DNA of 64,000 nt from the IMG/VR virus record IMGVR_UViG_3300028596_000001. One strand, given 5' to 3'. Below, in pieces: positions 46,245 through 55,390 of the stretch; positions within the stretch are counted from its first letter, which is position 1, and every line of letters starts with the position of its first letter. The notes under the pieces are model-generated. The model made no database searches and was not told the DNA's origin. It saw only the letters and a list, made by a program, of their open reading frames with translations. The position numbers were made by a program, and so were the translations under genes. The stretch comes from a virus (taxonomy: Duplodnaviria > Caudoviricetes).

Positions 46245-48047
46245 ATGACTCCGAACATTTCACCCATTGTGGCCAAAGTTTGTAAAAGTGCTGGCTACAG
46301 TGAGCACAAATACGACAAAAGCCAAGACCTGTTGTGTGCCAAGATTACCAACATCCACGAGGACGGTAGTCGCTCTAATTCGTTCATCGCAATTAAGAAC
46401 TATAAGCAACCTTTTTGGATTGTGAAGGACACCCACCGGCACTTCAAACAACACAAGGATTACATCAAAGAGTCGATGGTGCGTGAGTACAACCAACCAC
46501 GCTGCCGTATCCCTTTTGAGGTCAAGAAACAACTGTACGGGGCTGCTGATAACAAAGCGTCCATGTACGACGTTAAGAAAGAACAGTTCGTGTTTGGTTT
46601 GGACCAGACTCCACCTGTACACTTCAAGCGTCGGTTCTTTGAGAAGTATGGTGAGATCCAGGAGAAGGAACCATACACTCTAGCGGCATTCGACGTCGAA
46701 GCAGATATGGATGATCCGGAACAACCGATCATCTGTGCTTCGGTAACCATGAAAGATAAGGCTTACTTCGCCGGTGTCCGTGGTTGGTATAAAGAGGACA
46801 ACGACGAGGACATCCTAGACAAGCTCAAGGAAGCAGAAGAGAAGTACGTCAAGGAACACGTTGAGCGTCGTAACTGCAAGATCGCTTATGAACTGTTTGA
46901 CACACCTGGTCAAGTAGTAGCCGCCTGTATTGGCAAGTTCCACGAATGGGAACCTGACTGGGTAGCTAGCTGGAACGCAGCATACGACATGGAAGCTTGC
47001 GAGAAGGCCTTGATTAAAGAAGGTTATGATCTCGCTGACGTTTACTGTGACCCGCGTGTACCTAGAGAGTTCCGTTCCTACGAATATAACCCTGGGCGTA
47101 CGCACAAGGTTAAAGAGAACGGTGACCGTACTCCTTTGGAACCGCAAGAGAAGTTCCCGAGTGTGCGTTGCCAGGCTACTTGGAAATGGGCAGATGCCAT
47201 GTCGGTATATGCTATCAAACGTTTCCCATTCGGCAAGTTGGAAAGCTACTCGCTGGAAGCCATCTCTAACCGTGAAGAAGTTCCTGGTAAGCTGTACACC
47301 GATGAAGGTCGTCAATGGGGCAATGGTTCGCCTCAGTGGCACCGGAACATGCAGCGTTACCAGAAGTACTTGTACTCGATCTACAACATCGCGGATAACT
47401 GGCCGATTGAAGAGATCAACGAGAAGACCTTCGACTTCACTCTCTCGTTACCAATGCTGCTACGCTACTCGGAGTACTTCAACTTCGTGTCGCAACCTAC
47501 ATTGATCTCGGATACTCTTTCCTTTGTTGCGAAAGAGCACGGTTATGTTTGGGGCAGCACTCCGCCTAAACGTGACACCTACTTCAGTGATCGCCTGCCT
47601 ACTCTGGGTGACTGGATTGCTCTCCTCGATACTGAGAAGAACGCCAGCCAAGGTAGCTTCCTGTTCGAGGGTCTTCTGGATGTTCAGAGCCAAGGTCGAG
47701 GGGCTACTTCTGACTTGGACGTGGAGGGTGCTTACCCAACTGGTACTCTGACTGGTAACGTAAGTAACGCTACCACGATGATGGAAGTGTATCGTATCCA
47801 AGGGGCTGATGCCATGCAGCTGCGTGAGATCGCTGTTAACTACGCAAGTAGCCCAGCGGCTAACGCAATCGGTTTGGGCCACGCTCTGTATCGTTTCCCG
47901 AAAGTAAGCGATATGGTAGAGGTGTTCGAACGTTGCCTGCGCGAACGTGGTATGGAAGACGTTCTGTACAAACTGCAGAATGCTGAAGCGGCTAATGCTC
48001 CTGTGATCGACGAAACACTCAACCCTGACCTGCCAATGGCAGCATAA
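46245..48047 (+). CDS. polB: Family B DNA polymerase, exonuclease plus motif A half of a split enzyme (phiKZ gp82-like)
   Basis: ExoI FDVEAD, ExoII SWNAAYD, ExoIII YNIAD, Pol motif A-like DLDVEGAYPT; motif C absent. Confidence 0.88.
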   Translation: MTPNISPIVAKVCKSAGYSEHKYDKSQDLLCAKITNIHEDGSRSNSFIAIKNYKQPFWIVKDTHRHFKQHKDYIKESMVREYNQPRCRIPFEVKKQLYGAADNKASMYDVKKEQFVFGLDQTPPVHFKRRFFEKYGEIQEKEPYTLAAFDVEADMDDPEQPIICASVTMKDKAYFAGVRGWYKEDNDEDILDKLKEAEEKYVKEHVERRNCKIAYELFDTPGQVVAACIGKFHEWEPDWVASWNAAYDMEACEKALIKEGYDLADVYCDPRVPREFRSYEYNPGRTHKVKENGDRTPLEPQEKFPSVRCQATWKWADAMSVYAIKRFPFGKLESYSLEAISNREEVPGKLYTDEGRQWGNGSPQWHRNMQRYQKYLYSIYNIADNWPIEEINEKTFDFTLSLPMLLRYSEYFNFVSQPTLISDTLSFVAKEHGYVWGSTPPKRDTYFSDRLPTLGDWIALLDTEKNASQGSFLFEGLLDVQSQGRGATSDLDVEGAYPTGTLTGNVSNATTMMEVYRIQGADAMQLREIAVNYASSPAANAIGLGHALYRFPKVSDMVEVFERCLRERGMEDVLYKLQNAEAANAPVIDETLNPDLPMAA

Positions 48048-48051
48048 CAGC

Positions 48052-48094
48052 TATAACCCTACCCAGGCTCCCGAAGGGCCTGGGTAGGGTTATA
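48052..48094. terminator. 17-bp hairpin between convergent genes
   Basis: TATAACCCTACCCAGGC-9 nt-GCCTGGGTAGGGTTATA. Confidence 0.82.
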
Positions 48095-48101
48095 TACACG
48101 C

Positions 48102-49184
48102 TTACAGACCGAACAGAGCGATCAAGTCGCCGTGTACGGTACGCAGACGGTGGTTCGATACTTCGATCAACTTCGCAACTTTCACCGCTTGGTTGACGAT
48201 AACCCGCAGAACAGCAACTTCTTTCTTGAGCTCTGCTTTGTCCTTACCTTCCTTGGCCTTCTTCATCCGGGCTTCGGTTTGGGTCAGGATGGTTTGCATC
48301 TTGCCTTTACGCTGGTTGAACGCTTCACCCAGAGCCTTCATGGCGTCGACGTTGGCCTGAATAGTTTTGCCGAATGCAACAACCTTCGGTACGGTATCCA
48401 GGGACAGCGCCTTTTCCAACAGAGGGATGAAGGTGTTGTCTTTAACCAGGATCTTGTCGATCTCGGCTTCCAGCTCGATGTTGAGGTGGGCAACTGGGTG
48501 GTCGGCGCTAGCAACGGTGTTAGTAGCCGAGTGGTATTTCTCGTTCTTATCGTCATTGACGATCTTCTGGAAACCACGTTTAGCAGCAACAGCGTTCTTG
48601 ATACTTTGCTCGACCTTCTGCCGACCCTTCTTGTTCATCTTGGCGATCTTCGCCAGGGCAGCCTTGATGGCAGCGCGAGCCTCTTTTGGAGACTTGGCTT
48701 CCTTCAGAGCTTTGGCAGTAGCCTCGTCACCGTTCTCGGAAGCGATAGCAGCCATTTTGCCGGCTTGCTTCTTCGCGTCTTCGTCGGACTGAGTACCATT
48801 CTCGGCCGCTTGCGCTTCCTTGTTGTTCTCGTCGACTTCTTTCTTGGTGGTTTCTGCTTCTTCAGCATTGTCACGACCAAAGAAGAAGTTCCACACCGAC
48901 TTGAACATCTTGACGATCCAGTCCCATGCGGCCTGGATACCACCACCGATGGTGCCAAAGATGCTTTCGTTGCCTTGCAGAGCGTTGAGCGGGATAACAC
49001 CATTGGCGTACAGCACGCCTTCCAGATAGCGCTGAGAGGCGGTCAGAGAGATGCTCTCACCACCAGCTACCGCATCCATCTGATCGACCGAGTCGTCCAG
49101 GGCATCCAGCATTACGTTTACTTCAGGGACATCGGGTACTTCAAAAGTAGCCGGGTCCGGTTCGTAGCTTTCGATGTCGATCAT
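48102..49184 (-). CDS. Head/ejection protein paralog (360 aa)
   Basis: Acidic propeptide, AGGES and QGNES sites, amphipathic helix AAWDWIVKMFKSVWNFFF; similar to the 28686 gene after the cleavage site. Confidence 0.72.
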   Translation of the reverse strand: MIDIESYEPDPATFEVPDVPEVNVMLDALDDSVDQMDAVAGGESISLTASQRYLEGVLYANGVIPLNALQGNESIFGTIGGGIQAAWDWIVKMFKSVWNFFFGRDNAEEAETTKKEVDENNKEAQAAENGTQSDEDAKKQAGKMAAIASENGDEATAKALKEAKSPKEARAAIKAALAKIAKMNKKGRQKVEQSIKNAVAAKRGFQKIVNDDKNEKYHSATNTVASADHPVAHLNIELEAEIDKILVKDNTFIPLLEKALSLDTVPKVVAFGKTIQANVDAMKALGEAFNQRKGKMQTILTQTEARMKKAKEGKDKAELKKEVAVLRVIVNQAVKVAKLIEVSNHRLRTVHGDLIALFGL

Positions 49185-49196
49185 GATGCGCTCTTT

Positions 49197-49979
49197 TTAC
49201 TTGGCGGCTACGAGGGAGTTGAAGTACTTGGTAACGTTCTGCTTGCCAACGTTCTTCATGTGCTGAATCACGAAGGCGATGTCGATACGCGACCCCAGGT
49301 GATGACGGCTGTTCCAGTTGGTGGCGACCTTGGTCAGGAAGGTAATGTACGCTTCGTAACGGTTGATCGAATCCTGTGGGTACTTACCGGCCAGGCCACG
49401 GATGAAGCGCAGGGCATCACCGGAACGGAACAGCTCTTTGTTCTCGATGATTGCACGCACCAGGGCGTCAGTAACCAGCTTGAACTCGTCGTAGTCCAGA
49501 GAGGTGGAGTTACCGACGGTTTCCATGAAGGTAACCTGTTCTTCGTGTTGAGCCTTGGTGTCAGCGAAGCCCAGTTCACCGCGCAGGTGTTTCAGGTGCT
49601 TGGCCAGGCGAGCCATCATGATGTTGGTAACAGCGGTACCGTTAGCGTTGGTCATGTCGGCGGAAGCAACACGAGCGGCTGGGGTTTCCAGGTTGGCTTC
49701 ATCGTTAGGCGCGTCAGCCTTGACGATAGGACCGGCCGGAGGAATCGCAGGAGCGGCTGGAGCAGCTTGTTCCTGTTGTTCAGGCTTGTCTTCCTGGCCG
49801 TCGACCTTTTCGACCACAGGAGCGATGTACTCGCCTGCTTGGTCTTGTTGTGCGAGACCGGCTTCGACAGCCGAAGCATCTTCGGCTTTAACGATGATCT
49901 CGCCTTCTTTGACTGCGAGTTGTGCCATACCGCCAGCAGGACGGGTGGTCTTGCCAGTTACTTCTTTTTCAGTTGCCAT
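49197..49979 (-). CDS. Hypothetical protein with Ala/Pro/Gln-rich N-terminal half (260 aa), probably virion
   Basis: GAGG SD, strong codon bias. Confidence 0.7.
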   Translation of the reverse strand: MATEKEVTGKTTRPAGGMAQLAVKEGEIIVKAEDASAVEAGLAQQDQAGEYIAPVVEKVDGQEDKPEQQEQAAPAAPAIPPAGPIVKADAPNDEANLETPAARVASADMTNANGTAVTNIMMARLAKHLKHLRGELGFADTKAQHEEQVTFMETVGNSTSLDYDEFKLVTDALVRAIIENKELFRSGDALRFIRGLAGKYPQDSINRYEAYITFLTKVATNWNSRHHLGSRIDIAFVIQHMKNVGKQNVTKYFNSLVAAK

Positions 49980-49992
49980 GAGAAAAGCCTCG

Positions 49993-50008
49993 ACTATTTC
50001 GAAATAGT
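49993..50008. promoter_or_regulatory. Perfect 16-bp palindrome ACTATTTCGAAATAGT just upstream of an SD
   Basis: Seen directly; ends 2 nt before the GAGG SD of the 260-aa gene. Confidence 0.5.
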
Positions 50009-50033
50009 GAATAAAACCTGATGCTGATCAGCA

Positions 50034-50073
50034 TAAAATACCCCCTACCCTTAACGGGGTAGGGGGTATTTTA
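50034..50073 (-). terminator. 17-bp hairpin terminator
   Basis: TAAAATACCCCCTACCC-TTAACG-GGGTAGGGGGTATTTTA. Confidence 0.85.
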
Positions 50074-50079
50074 CTATGC

Positions 50080-50514
50080 CTACACTTTAATCTGTTTTGG
50101 ATCGATGCCAGCTTTATTCAAGAGATCCAGTTGATCCTTGGGTAATCCTTGTTGTCTAGCTTGCTGTTCCCGTTTGGCTGCCTCTGCTTTCTCTCGTTTA
50201 TTAAGTCCTGAACTAACCGCTTCCAAGAATTCGTCCACGACAACGGCAGGGAGAGTCAAGAAATCCTTGGGATCCATGAGCTCCTTCAGTTTGTGGTATC
50301 CGTAGTGCTCGCCAATTTGCTCAAGCGACCACGGATGGAAGAAGTCATTCTCAGCAGAGAAGTACCCAATAGACGAGAAGGGAGTTCGAGTCTTCTGGTT
50401 GTAGTACTCAAGGTTAAGATCAACCATCATCTTCTCATTGAGTGCTAAAGCCTCGGGAAGCATGTGTTTCGTTGAGCGTCCCAACAACTGCTTGGTAACG
50501 CCCTCATGCACCAC
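50080..50514 (-). CDS. Downstream (T-like) part of a tail/baseplate assembly chaperone pair; probably made as a -1 frameshift fusion
   Basis: Weak GTG start with no well-spaced SD; its frame is open upstream across the slippery site at 50625-50631; resembles short T4 gp51 / lambda T-type partners. Confidence 0.65.
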   Translation of the reverse strand: MVHEGVTKQLLGRSTKHMLPEALALNEKMMVDLNLEYYNQKTRTPFSSIGYFSAENDFFHPWSLEQIGEHYGYHKLKELMDPKDFLTLPAVVVDEFLEAVSSGLNKREKAEAAKREQQARQQGLPKDQLDLLNKAGIDPKQIKV

Positions 50515-50549
50515 GCTAAACTCGATCTTCCCTCCCGGACGGACGCGCG

Positions 50550-52295
50550 CTATTCGGAGAGGGCTTTTGCCTTTGCTTCCAGACTTTCGGTTGCGGCGTT
50601 CATCATGAGCAACTGGATATGGGTAAAAAAACTCATGATCGGGTCGATCGGAGTGTACCCCAACTTACGTTCTTTCAGACCTTCCGGATCTTCGAGCTCC
50701 GCCTGGTTCTTCTTGCACTTCGGACAGTCGAAGTTCTGAAGGGCGACGAAAGACTTCGACAAGAACGGAGTCTTGTTGATGATGTCTTTGGTCAGTACCA
50801 GGTTCAGATACTTGGACTCCTTGATGACCTCCAAGAGACCTTCGTTGAAGTCGTTCTGGTCACGAGCACGATCGCGATCCAGGACAATGTCCTTTTCCTC
50901 GCTGTTCGGCGGAGCGATACCAACGAAGAGGTTCACCCAGTGGATGTACTCAGTGGCCCCCAGGTCGGTGTAGAGCATGTTGCGCTGGGTTTCGTACTCT
51001 TCTGGATCGATGATCTTGGTACGCAGGTCTGCCAGCATCGGCGAGATACGACCGGAGAAGTAGTCGAAGGTCATGAAAGCGTCTGCCAGCGAAGGCGAGG
51101 CCAGTTCCATGTAGATCGACTTGTCTTCGTTGTACACCTTGGCAGTGTCCAGACCGAAGTTGGCCTTCTTGATCAGCGCCAGCGTTTCATCCGCGGTGTA
51201 GGTCACCTTGTGGTTGAACAGGTTGGCGTAGATCGCAGACTCTTCATCAGTGTCGTGCCAGTCGCGGTGGTGAACGATCTTTTCCGGATCGACCAGCTGG
51301 AAGTCTTTCCAACCACAGCCAGGCGCAGCACAGATCAACTGCATGTGCACACCCTTGTTGGTGTACGCGCGCAGCAATGAGGTGGTCAGTACGTCGATAT
51401 CCGTCCAGCGGATAATACGAGCCAGCTGGGAGAAGTCACCGATGTCGCTGATGCTCGAGTAAGTGATACGCGAAACGATGAAGTTCCAGATCACTCGGGC
51501 GGCGGCAACACGAGCCAGGATCACACTGTTGTTGTTGACTTGGCGGACGTAGCCCTTGATCGCCGTCTTGATGTCGTTGATCAGGTTACCCATTTCCATC
51601 TTCGACGGACGGGTGATGATCAGCTTGGTGAACGAGTTGCGCAGTTCGATATCGAACATCAGCTTCCCGTCTTCAGCATTGATCGACCGGCGGCGCATGA
51701 TCTCGGAGTCTTTCAGGTTCTTGGTGTTGAGGCCTGGTTTACGACCGTTGATGTCGGAGGTAACCAAACCACCGCGGTCACAGACGTTGGAGATGCCTTG
51801 CTCACGAATAGCGTTGGAACGCATCTTCACTTCGTCGAGGAACTCGGTGTAGAAGGAGATCATGCGCGAGGCCATCTCTTCTGCATCGTCTACCGTCAGG
51901 TCTGGGTAGTTCTTCTCGACAAAAGCTTCCCAATCGAGTTCTTGCTTCTTCGCTGCAGCAGAAAACTGCATCGGATCGGCGTCGGCCATACGGCGCATGG
52001 TCATCAACTGGATAAACGGCTGCATCAGCTTGGCCGAGTTATCACGCGATGCTTTGCTGTTGCCCAGGAACACCGTGATATAACCTTGGGCGATCTCGTC
52101 TTCAGTGAGTTCGCGAACAAGACACGTCTGAGGAATCAGACGCTTCTTCATGGTGGTGTTTTCGGCGGTGTGCACTTCGTTGAAAGTCGCCGGAGTCACC
52201 TGGGGTTTCTGTTCTGCTGGAGCCGCGGCTGGAGCTGGCGCAGCAGCTGCTTCTTCTGCTGGTCGTTGACCGTTAATCTCTTCTGACATCATCAA
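50550..52295 (-). CDS. Probable tail/baseplate-hub assembly chaperone (T4 gp26-like), 581 aa
   Basis: Disordered Ala/Pro N-terminus, paired Cys motifs CAAPGC and CPKC, followed by a short partner ORF. Confidence 0.6.
   Translation of the reverse strand: MMMSEEINGQRPAEEAAAAPAPAAAPAEQKPQVTPATFNEVHTAENTTMKKRLIPQTCLVRELTEDEIAQGYITVFLGNSKASRDNSAKLMQPFIQLMTMRRMADADPMQFSAAAKKQELDWEAFVEKNYPDLTVDDAEEMASRMISFYTEFLDEVKMRSNAIREQGISNVCDRGGLVTSDINGRKPGLNTKNLKDSEIMRRRSINAEDGKLMFDIELRNSFTKLIITRPSKMEMGNLINDIKTAIKGYVRQVNNNSVILARVAAARVIWNFIVSRITYSSISDIGDFSQLARIIRWTDIDVLTTSLLRAYTNKGVHMQLICAAPGCGWKDFQLVDPEKIVHHRDWHDTDEESAIYANLFNHKVTYTADETLALIKKANFGLDTAKVYNEDKSIYMELASPSLADAFMTFDYFSGRISPMLADLRTKIIDPEEYETQRNMLYTDLGATEYIHWVNLFVGIAPPNSEEKDIVLDRDRARDQNDFNEGLLEVIKESKYLNLVLTKDIINKTPFLSKSFVALQNFDCPKCKKNQAELEDPEGLKERKLGYTPIDPIMSFFTHIQLLMMNAATESLEAKAKALSE
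50625..50631 (-). other. Candidate programmed -1 frameshift slippery heptamer T TTT TTT
   Basis: Frame 0 reads AGT TTT TTT ACC; the -1 frame from here has no stop until 50080. Confidence 0.7.
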
Positions 52296-52300
52296 TACCC

Positions 52301-53086
52301 TTAGTTAATGTCTTTGATGGAGGCGCCTTCGGTGAGCAGCTCTTCCAGATCGCTGGGAGCGTCTTCACCGGCAGGGATGAATTCTTGTTCGGTTTCGTCA
52401 GCCGCATCTTCCGGCGCGTCGATCTGAGTCATGGTGCGATACAGGTGCTGGACCTTGTTCAGACGCTGATCGTGCATGCGCATGGCGAAGTCCAGATCTT
52501 TCTCACCTGGCTCCATGTGCTCACGGGCGTATTCGTTGATCAGCGCACCGTGTTGCTTGAGGGTCTCGTTGTAGACATCCGGCGCAGTGGTCTTGATCAT
52601 CTCGACCATGTTGTCCATGTAGTGGACGTAGATATCCGGGAAGTCTTCGAACTTCTGGCCTTCTTCCATGAGGACACGCATGACCATCATGTCTTCAGCG
52701 ATCTTGACCAGGGCCTCATCGTAGCCTTCCATGCGCTTGCGATCTTCGACAGTCAGTTCGAACTTGCCTTCGCTGGCGAGGATGTCAGCAATTTCGACGG
52801 CCGAGTGGATCGGGGCGATCAGGTGGATGGCGTCGAGCATGCCGGTAACGATTTCTTTGTTATCCGGGCCTGCGTCACCACGACCTGGGTTACGAGCCAG
52901 TTCACGGTACTTCTCGGCGGTGGCCAGAACACCGTTGGCTGCCACTTCGTCGATCAGTTGCTCCTGAGAAGGCACGTCGTATTTACGATCGAAGCGTGCT
53001 ACCGAACCGGCGCCAGGTTTCTTGACACGTTTGGCTTTCTTGCGCTTGTCACGTTTGGCGGCCATGCTTTGATTTTTAGTGCCCAT
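52301..53086 (-). CDS. Conserved hypothetical protein (261 aa), basic N-terminal arm and acidic helical body
   Basis: AAGGA SD; AAKRDKRKKAKRVKK. Confidence 0.7.
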   Translation of the reverse strand: MGTKNQSMAAKRDKRKKAKRVKKPGAGSVARFDRKYDVPSQEQLIDEVAANGVLATAEKYRELARNPGRGDAGPDNKEIVTGMLDAIHLIAPIHSAVEIADILASEGKFELTVEDRKRMEGYDEALVKIAEDMMVMRVLMEEGQKFEDFPDIYVHYMDNMVEMIKTTAPDVYNETLKQHGALINEYAREHMEPGEKDLDFAMRMHDQRLNKVQHLYRTMTQIDAPEDAADETEQEFIPAGEDAPSDLEELLTEGASIKDIN

Positions 53087-53124
53087 GAATGCTATGTTCC
53101 TTATCGACCTGTGGTGGAAAAGAT

Positions 53125-54081
53125 ATGCTTATTAATGCAGAAGAAGCTGTTTTGGTAGAAGACGACGAAGACCTCGCCGCTTCAATTATCGGTGGTCCGT
53201 GGACTCTCTTTAAACAGAGCATCCCTGAACCCCAAGCCAAAATATTGGTCCAGGCGTTTAATTTAATCCTGCTCGCTGATACCACGGCTGGCAAGGAGGA
53301 CGAACTGGATCCCGATGCGCTGTTGGGTCACCCTACCTCTATGTTGCCGGTAGACGTTAACAACTTGCTGGTTGATGATGCTGTAAGCCTCGTAAACAAG
53401 AAAGCGCATATCTACGAGATGCTTATCGACAATACAATGTACTTGCTGCGTAATCTCGGTTTCACATTGGACGAAGATTACGTAACAGCAGAAATGCTGC
53501 CATATCTCTGTAAGATAGGGCACTTCTTCTACGAGATGCAAGGCTACCAAGATTTGATCGGTATTGCTGGTGCTTTGGAGTCGCCAGATATCCCTACAGT
53601 GGATCGCTTCCTGTTGGTGCTGGAACGTTACTTGGGTGAAGATGCTGATATGACCCCTTACGAGATGCTCATCTCTGACGTCTCGGAAGTCTGCCTGAAG
53701 GCTATCAAAGACAGCCTGGAAGGTGAAGACGTCTCTGTTGGTATCCCAGACTCCCTGATTCAACGTGTGAAGGCGAATCTCCTGGTTCTCGAAGGTACCC
53801 TAGCTTATAACCACATCCGCTCCAATGGACAGCTTGGGGGCTCTCTGGATAGCTTCCTCAACTTCTTCCATAAAGAGCTGCGCCCACTCCAAGACGAACT
53901 GACTGGCGACAACGTACATGCTTACGTCAAGGAACTCATCGGGTTCTATTTGATCAGCGACGTTAACTCCAGCCAGATCAAAGAACGTTTACTTACCACT
54001 ACATACGAGTTGACAGACGACCACCTGACAATGGTTAAAGTAGAATCCCTTATTAATCAGTTGGTATTCCCTAATGAATAA
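53125..54081 (+). CDS. Conserved hypothetical/virion protein (about 318 aa) co-transcribed with the vRNAP subunit
   Basis: Likely start MLINAEE at 53125; 8-nt overlap with the next gene. Confidence 0.65.
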   Translation: MLINAEEAVLVEDDEDLAASIIGGPWTLFKQSIPEPQAKILVQAFNLILLADTTAGKEDELDPDALLGHPTSMLPVDVNNLLVDDAVSLVNKKAHIYEMLIDNTMYLLRNLGFTLDEDYVTAEMLPYLCKIGHFFYEMQGYQDLIGIAGALESPDIPTVDRFLLVLERYLGEDADMTPYEMLISDVSEVCLKAIKDSLEGEDVSVGIPDSLIQRVKANLLVLEGTLAYNHIRSNGQLGGSLDSFLNFFHKELRPLQDELTGDNVHAYVKELIGFYLISDVNSSQIKERLLTTTYELTDDHLTMVKVESLINQLVFPNE

Positions 54082-55369
54082 GTTAGCCTTCCTTAAAGTC
54101 TGGCTGGCCAACCAGGGCTACGCAGAGAAAGCCGCAGTTCAATCGGTTATCTCGGTACAGTTCGAAGACGAAGAGTCGGCTGGCGCTTTCAAGCAGGTTC
54201 CTTGGGCAGTATATGTAGAAGAGGGCAAGTACCACGTACTGATCGACGGGGTCCCTAACGTTATCGAAGGGGATGTCTCGCGTCCTCTGTTTGTTAACGA
54301 CGACTACATCGATCTGCCGGGTGACTTCCATCCAGTACTGCGTGGTGCCAAGACCGACACTACCTTCGGGTTACTGTTTTTCAACATCGTCTTGTTCTGG
54401 GAAGTCTTCGGTGAGAAGGTCCCGTACATTAACCAGGAGTTCACTACCGGTCTGATTCGTGGCTATTTGTCCGATCTGATGGTAGACAACCCGAAGGAGG
54501 GTGAAGAAGTTCCTCCTGGTAAGGCTTCGGTAGACGACTGCATGAAGTTTACCCGCCATTGCAACTTCCTGGAGGGACTGGGAACCTACTTCGTGCGTCC
54601 TGGTGGCAATGAGATGCTCACCATCAGTCCTAAGGTGCTTAAGCGTAAAGAAGAGCTCCTGGCTCAGCTTAAGGCTGATGGCAAGATGAACGACCCGGTA
54701 GCCGTTACCAAGGCTATTGATGAACTGGTGCAGATGGACCGCGAAGAGATCATGAATGGTCCCGGCGCTACCTTCATCATTAACGATGCGTTCATCAGTA
54801 ACGCCCGTAAGCGTATGTTCATTGCCTTCGGTATCGAGCCTAAGGGTGATGGCTGGGTATTCCTGCACATGTCTCTTGATGAAGGCATGGACCCTGAGGA
54901 GATGGTTGCATACATTAACACCGCTGTTGCTGGTTCGTACTCGCGTTCCATGTCTACTGGTGAAGGTGGTGCTCAGGTTAAGGAAGTACTGAAGCTGGTA
55001 GGGCGCCGTAAGGTCGCTGCGGTTGATTGCGGTACCAAGCTGGGTGAACCTATCGAGCTTAACCAATTCAACGCTAAACGCTGGGCTGGTAGCTTCTACA
55101 TCGTTAATGGTAAGACCGAACCTCTTACCGCAGAAGTGGCCAAGGCAAACATCGGTAAGACCGTCTCTATCCGTACTCCTAACTTCTGTGCTCAAGATGA
55201 AGGTAACTTCTGTGCGCAGTGCTGTGGTACCGGGTTGGGTAAACTGGCTAACCGTTTGAGTGCCGAAGTAGTAACCATCCCTACCAAGATGATGTTAGGT
55301 CGAATGAAGGCACAACACATTGCTGGCGCCAAGACTACTCGTCTGAATCTGTCTACCGCAATCAAATAG
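54074..55369 (+). CDS. rpoC: Virion RNA polymerase beta' middle fragment (phiKZ gp80-like)
   Basis: Bridge-helix-like RSMSTGEGGAQVKEVLK, DCGT, Zn site RTPNFC...FCAQCCG, trigger-loop-like end TKMMLGRMKAQH. Confidence 0.88.
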   Translation: MNKLAFLKVWLANQGYAEKAAVQSVISVQFEDEESAGAFKQVPWAVYVEEGKYHVLIDGVPNVIEGDVSRPLFVNDDYIDLPGDFHPVLRGAKTDTTFGLLFFNIVLFWEVFGEKVPYINQEFTTGLIRGYLSDLMVDNPKEGEEVPPGKASVDDCMKFTRHCNFLEGLGTYFVRPGGNEMLTISPKVLKRKEELLAQLKADGKMNDPVAVTKAIDELVQMDREEIMNGPGATFIINDAFISNARKRMFIAFGIEPKGDGWVFLHMSLDEGMDPEEMVAYINTAVAGSYSRSMSTGEGGAQVKEVLKLVGRRKVAAVDCGTKLGEPIELNQFNAKRWAGSFYIVNGKTEPLTAEVAKANIGKTVSIRTPNFCAQDEGNFCAQCCGTGLGKLANRLSAEVVTIPTKMMLGRMKAQHIAGAKTTRLNLSTAIK

Positions 55370-55390
55370 CAAAAAAGAAAGGACCTCCCT

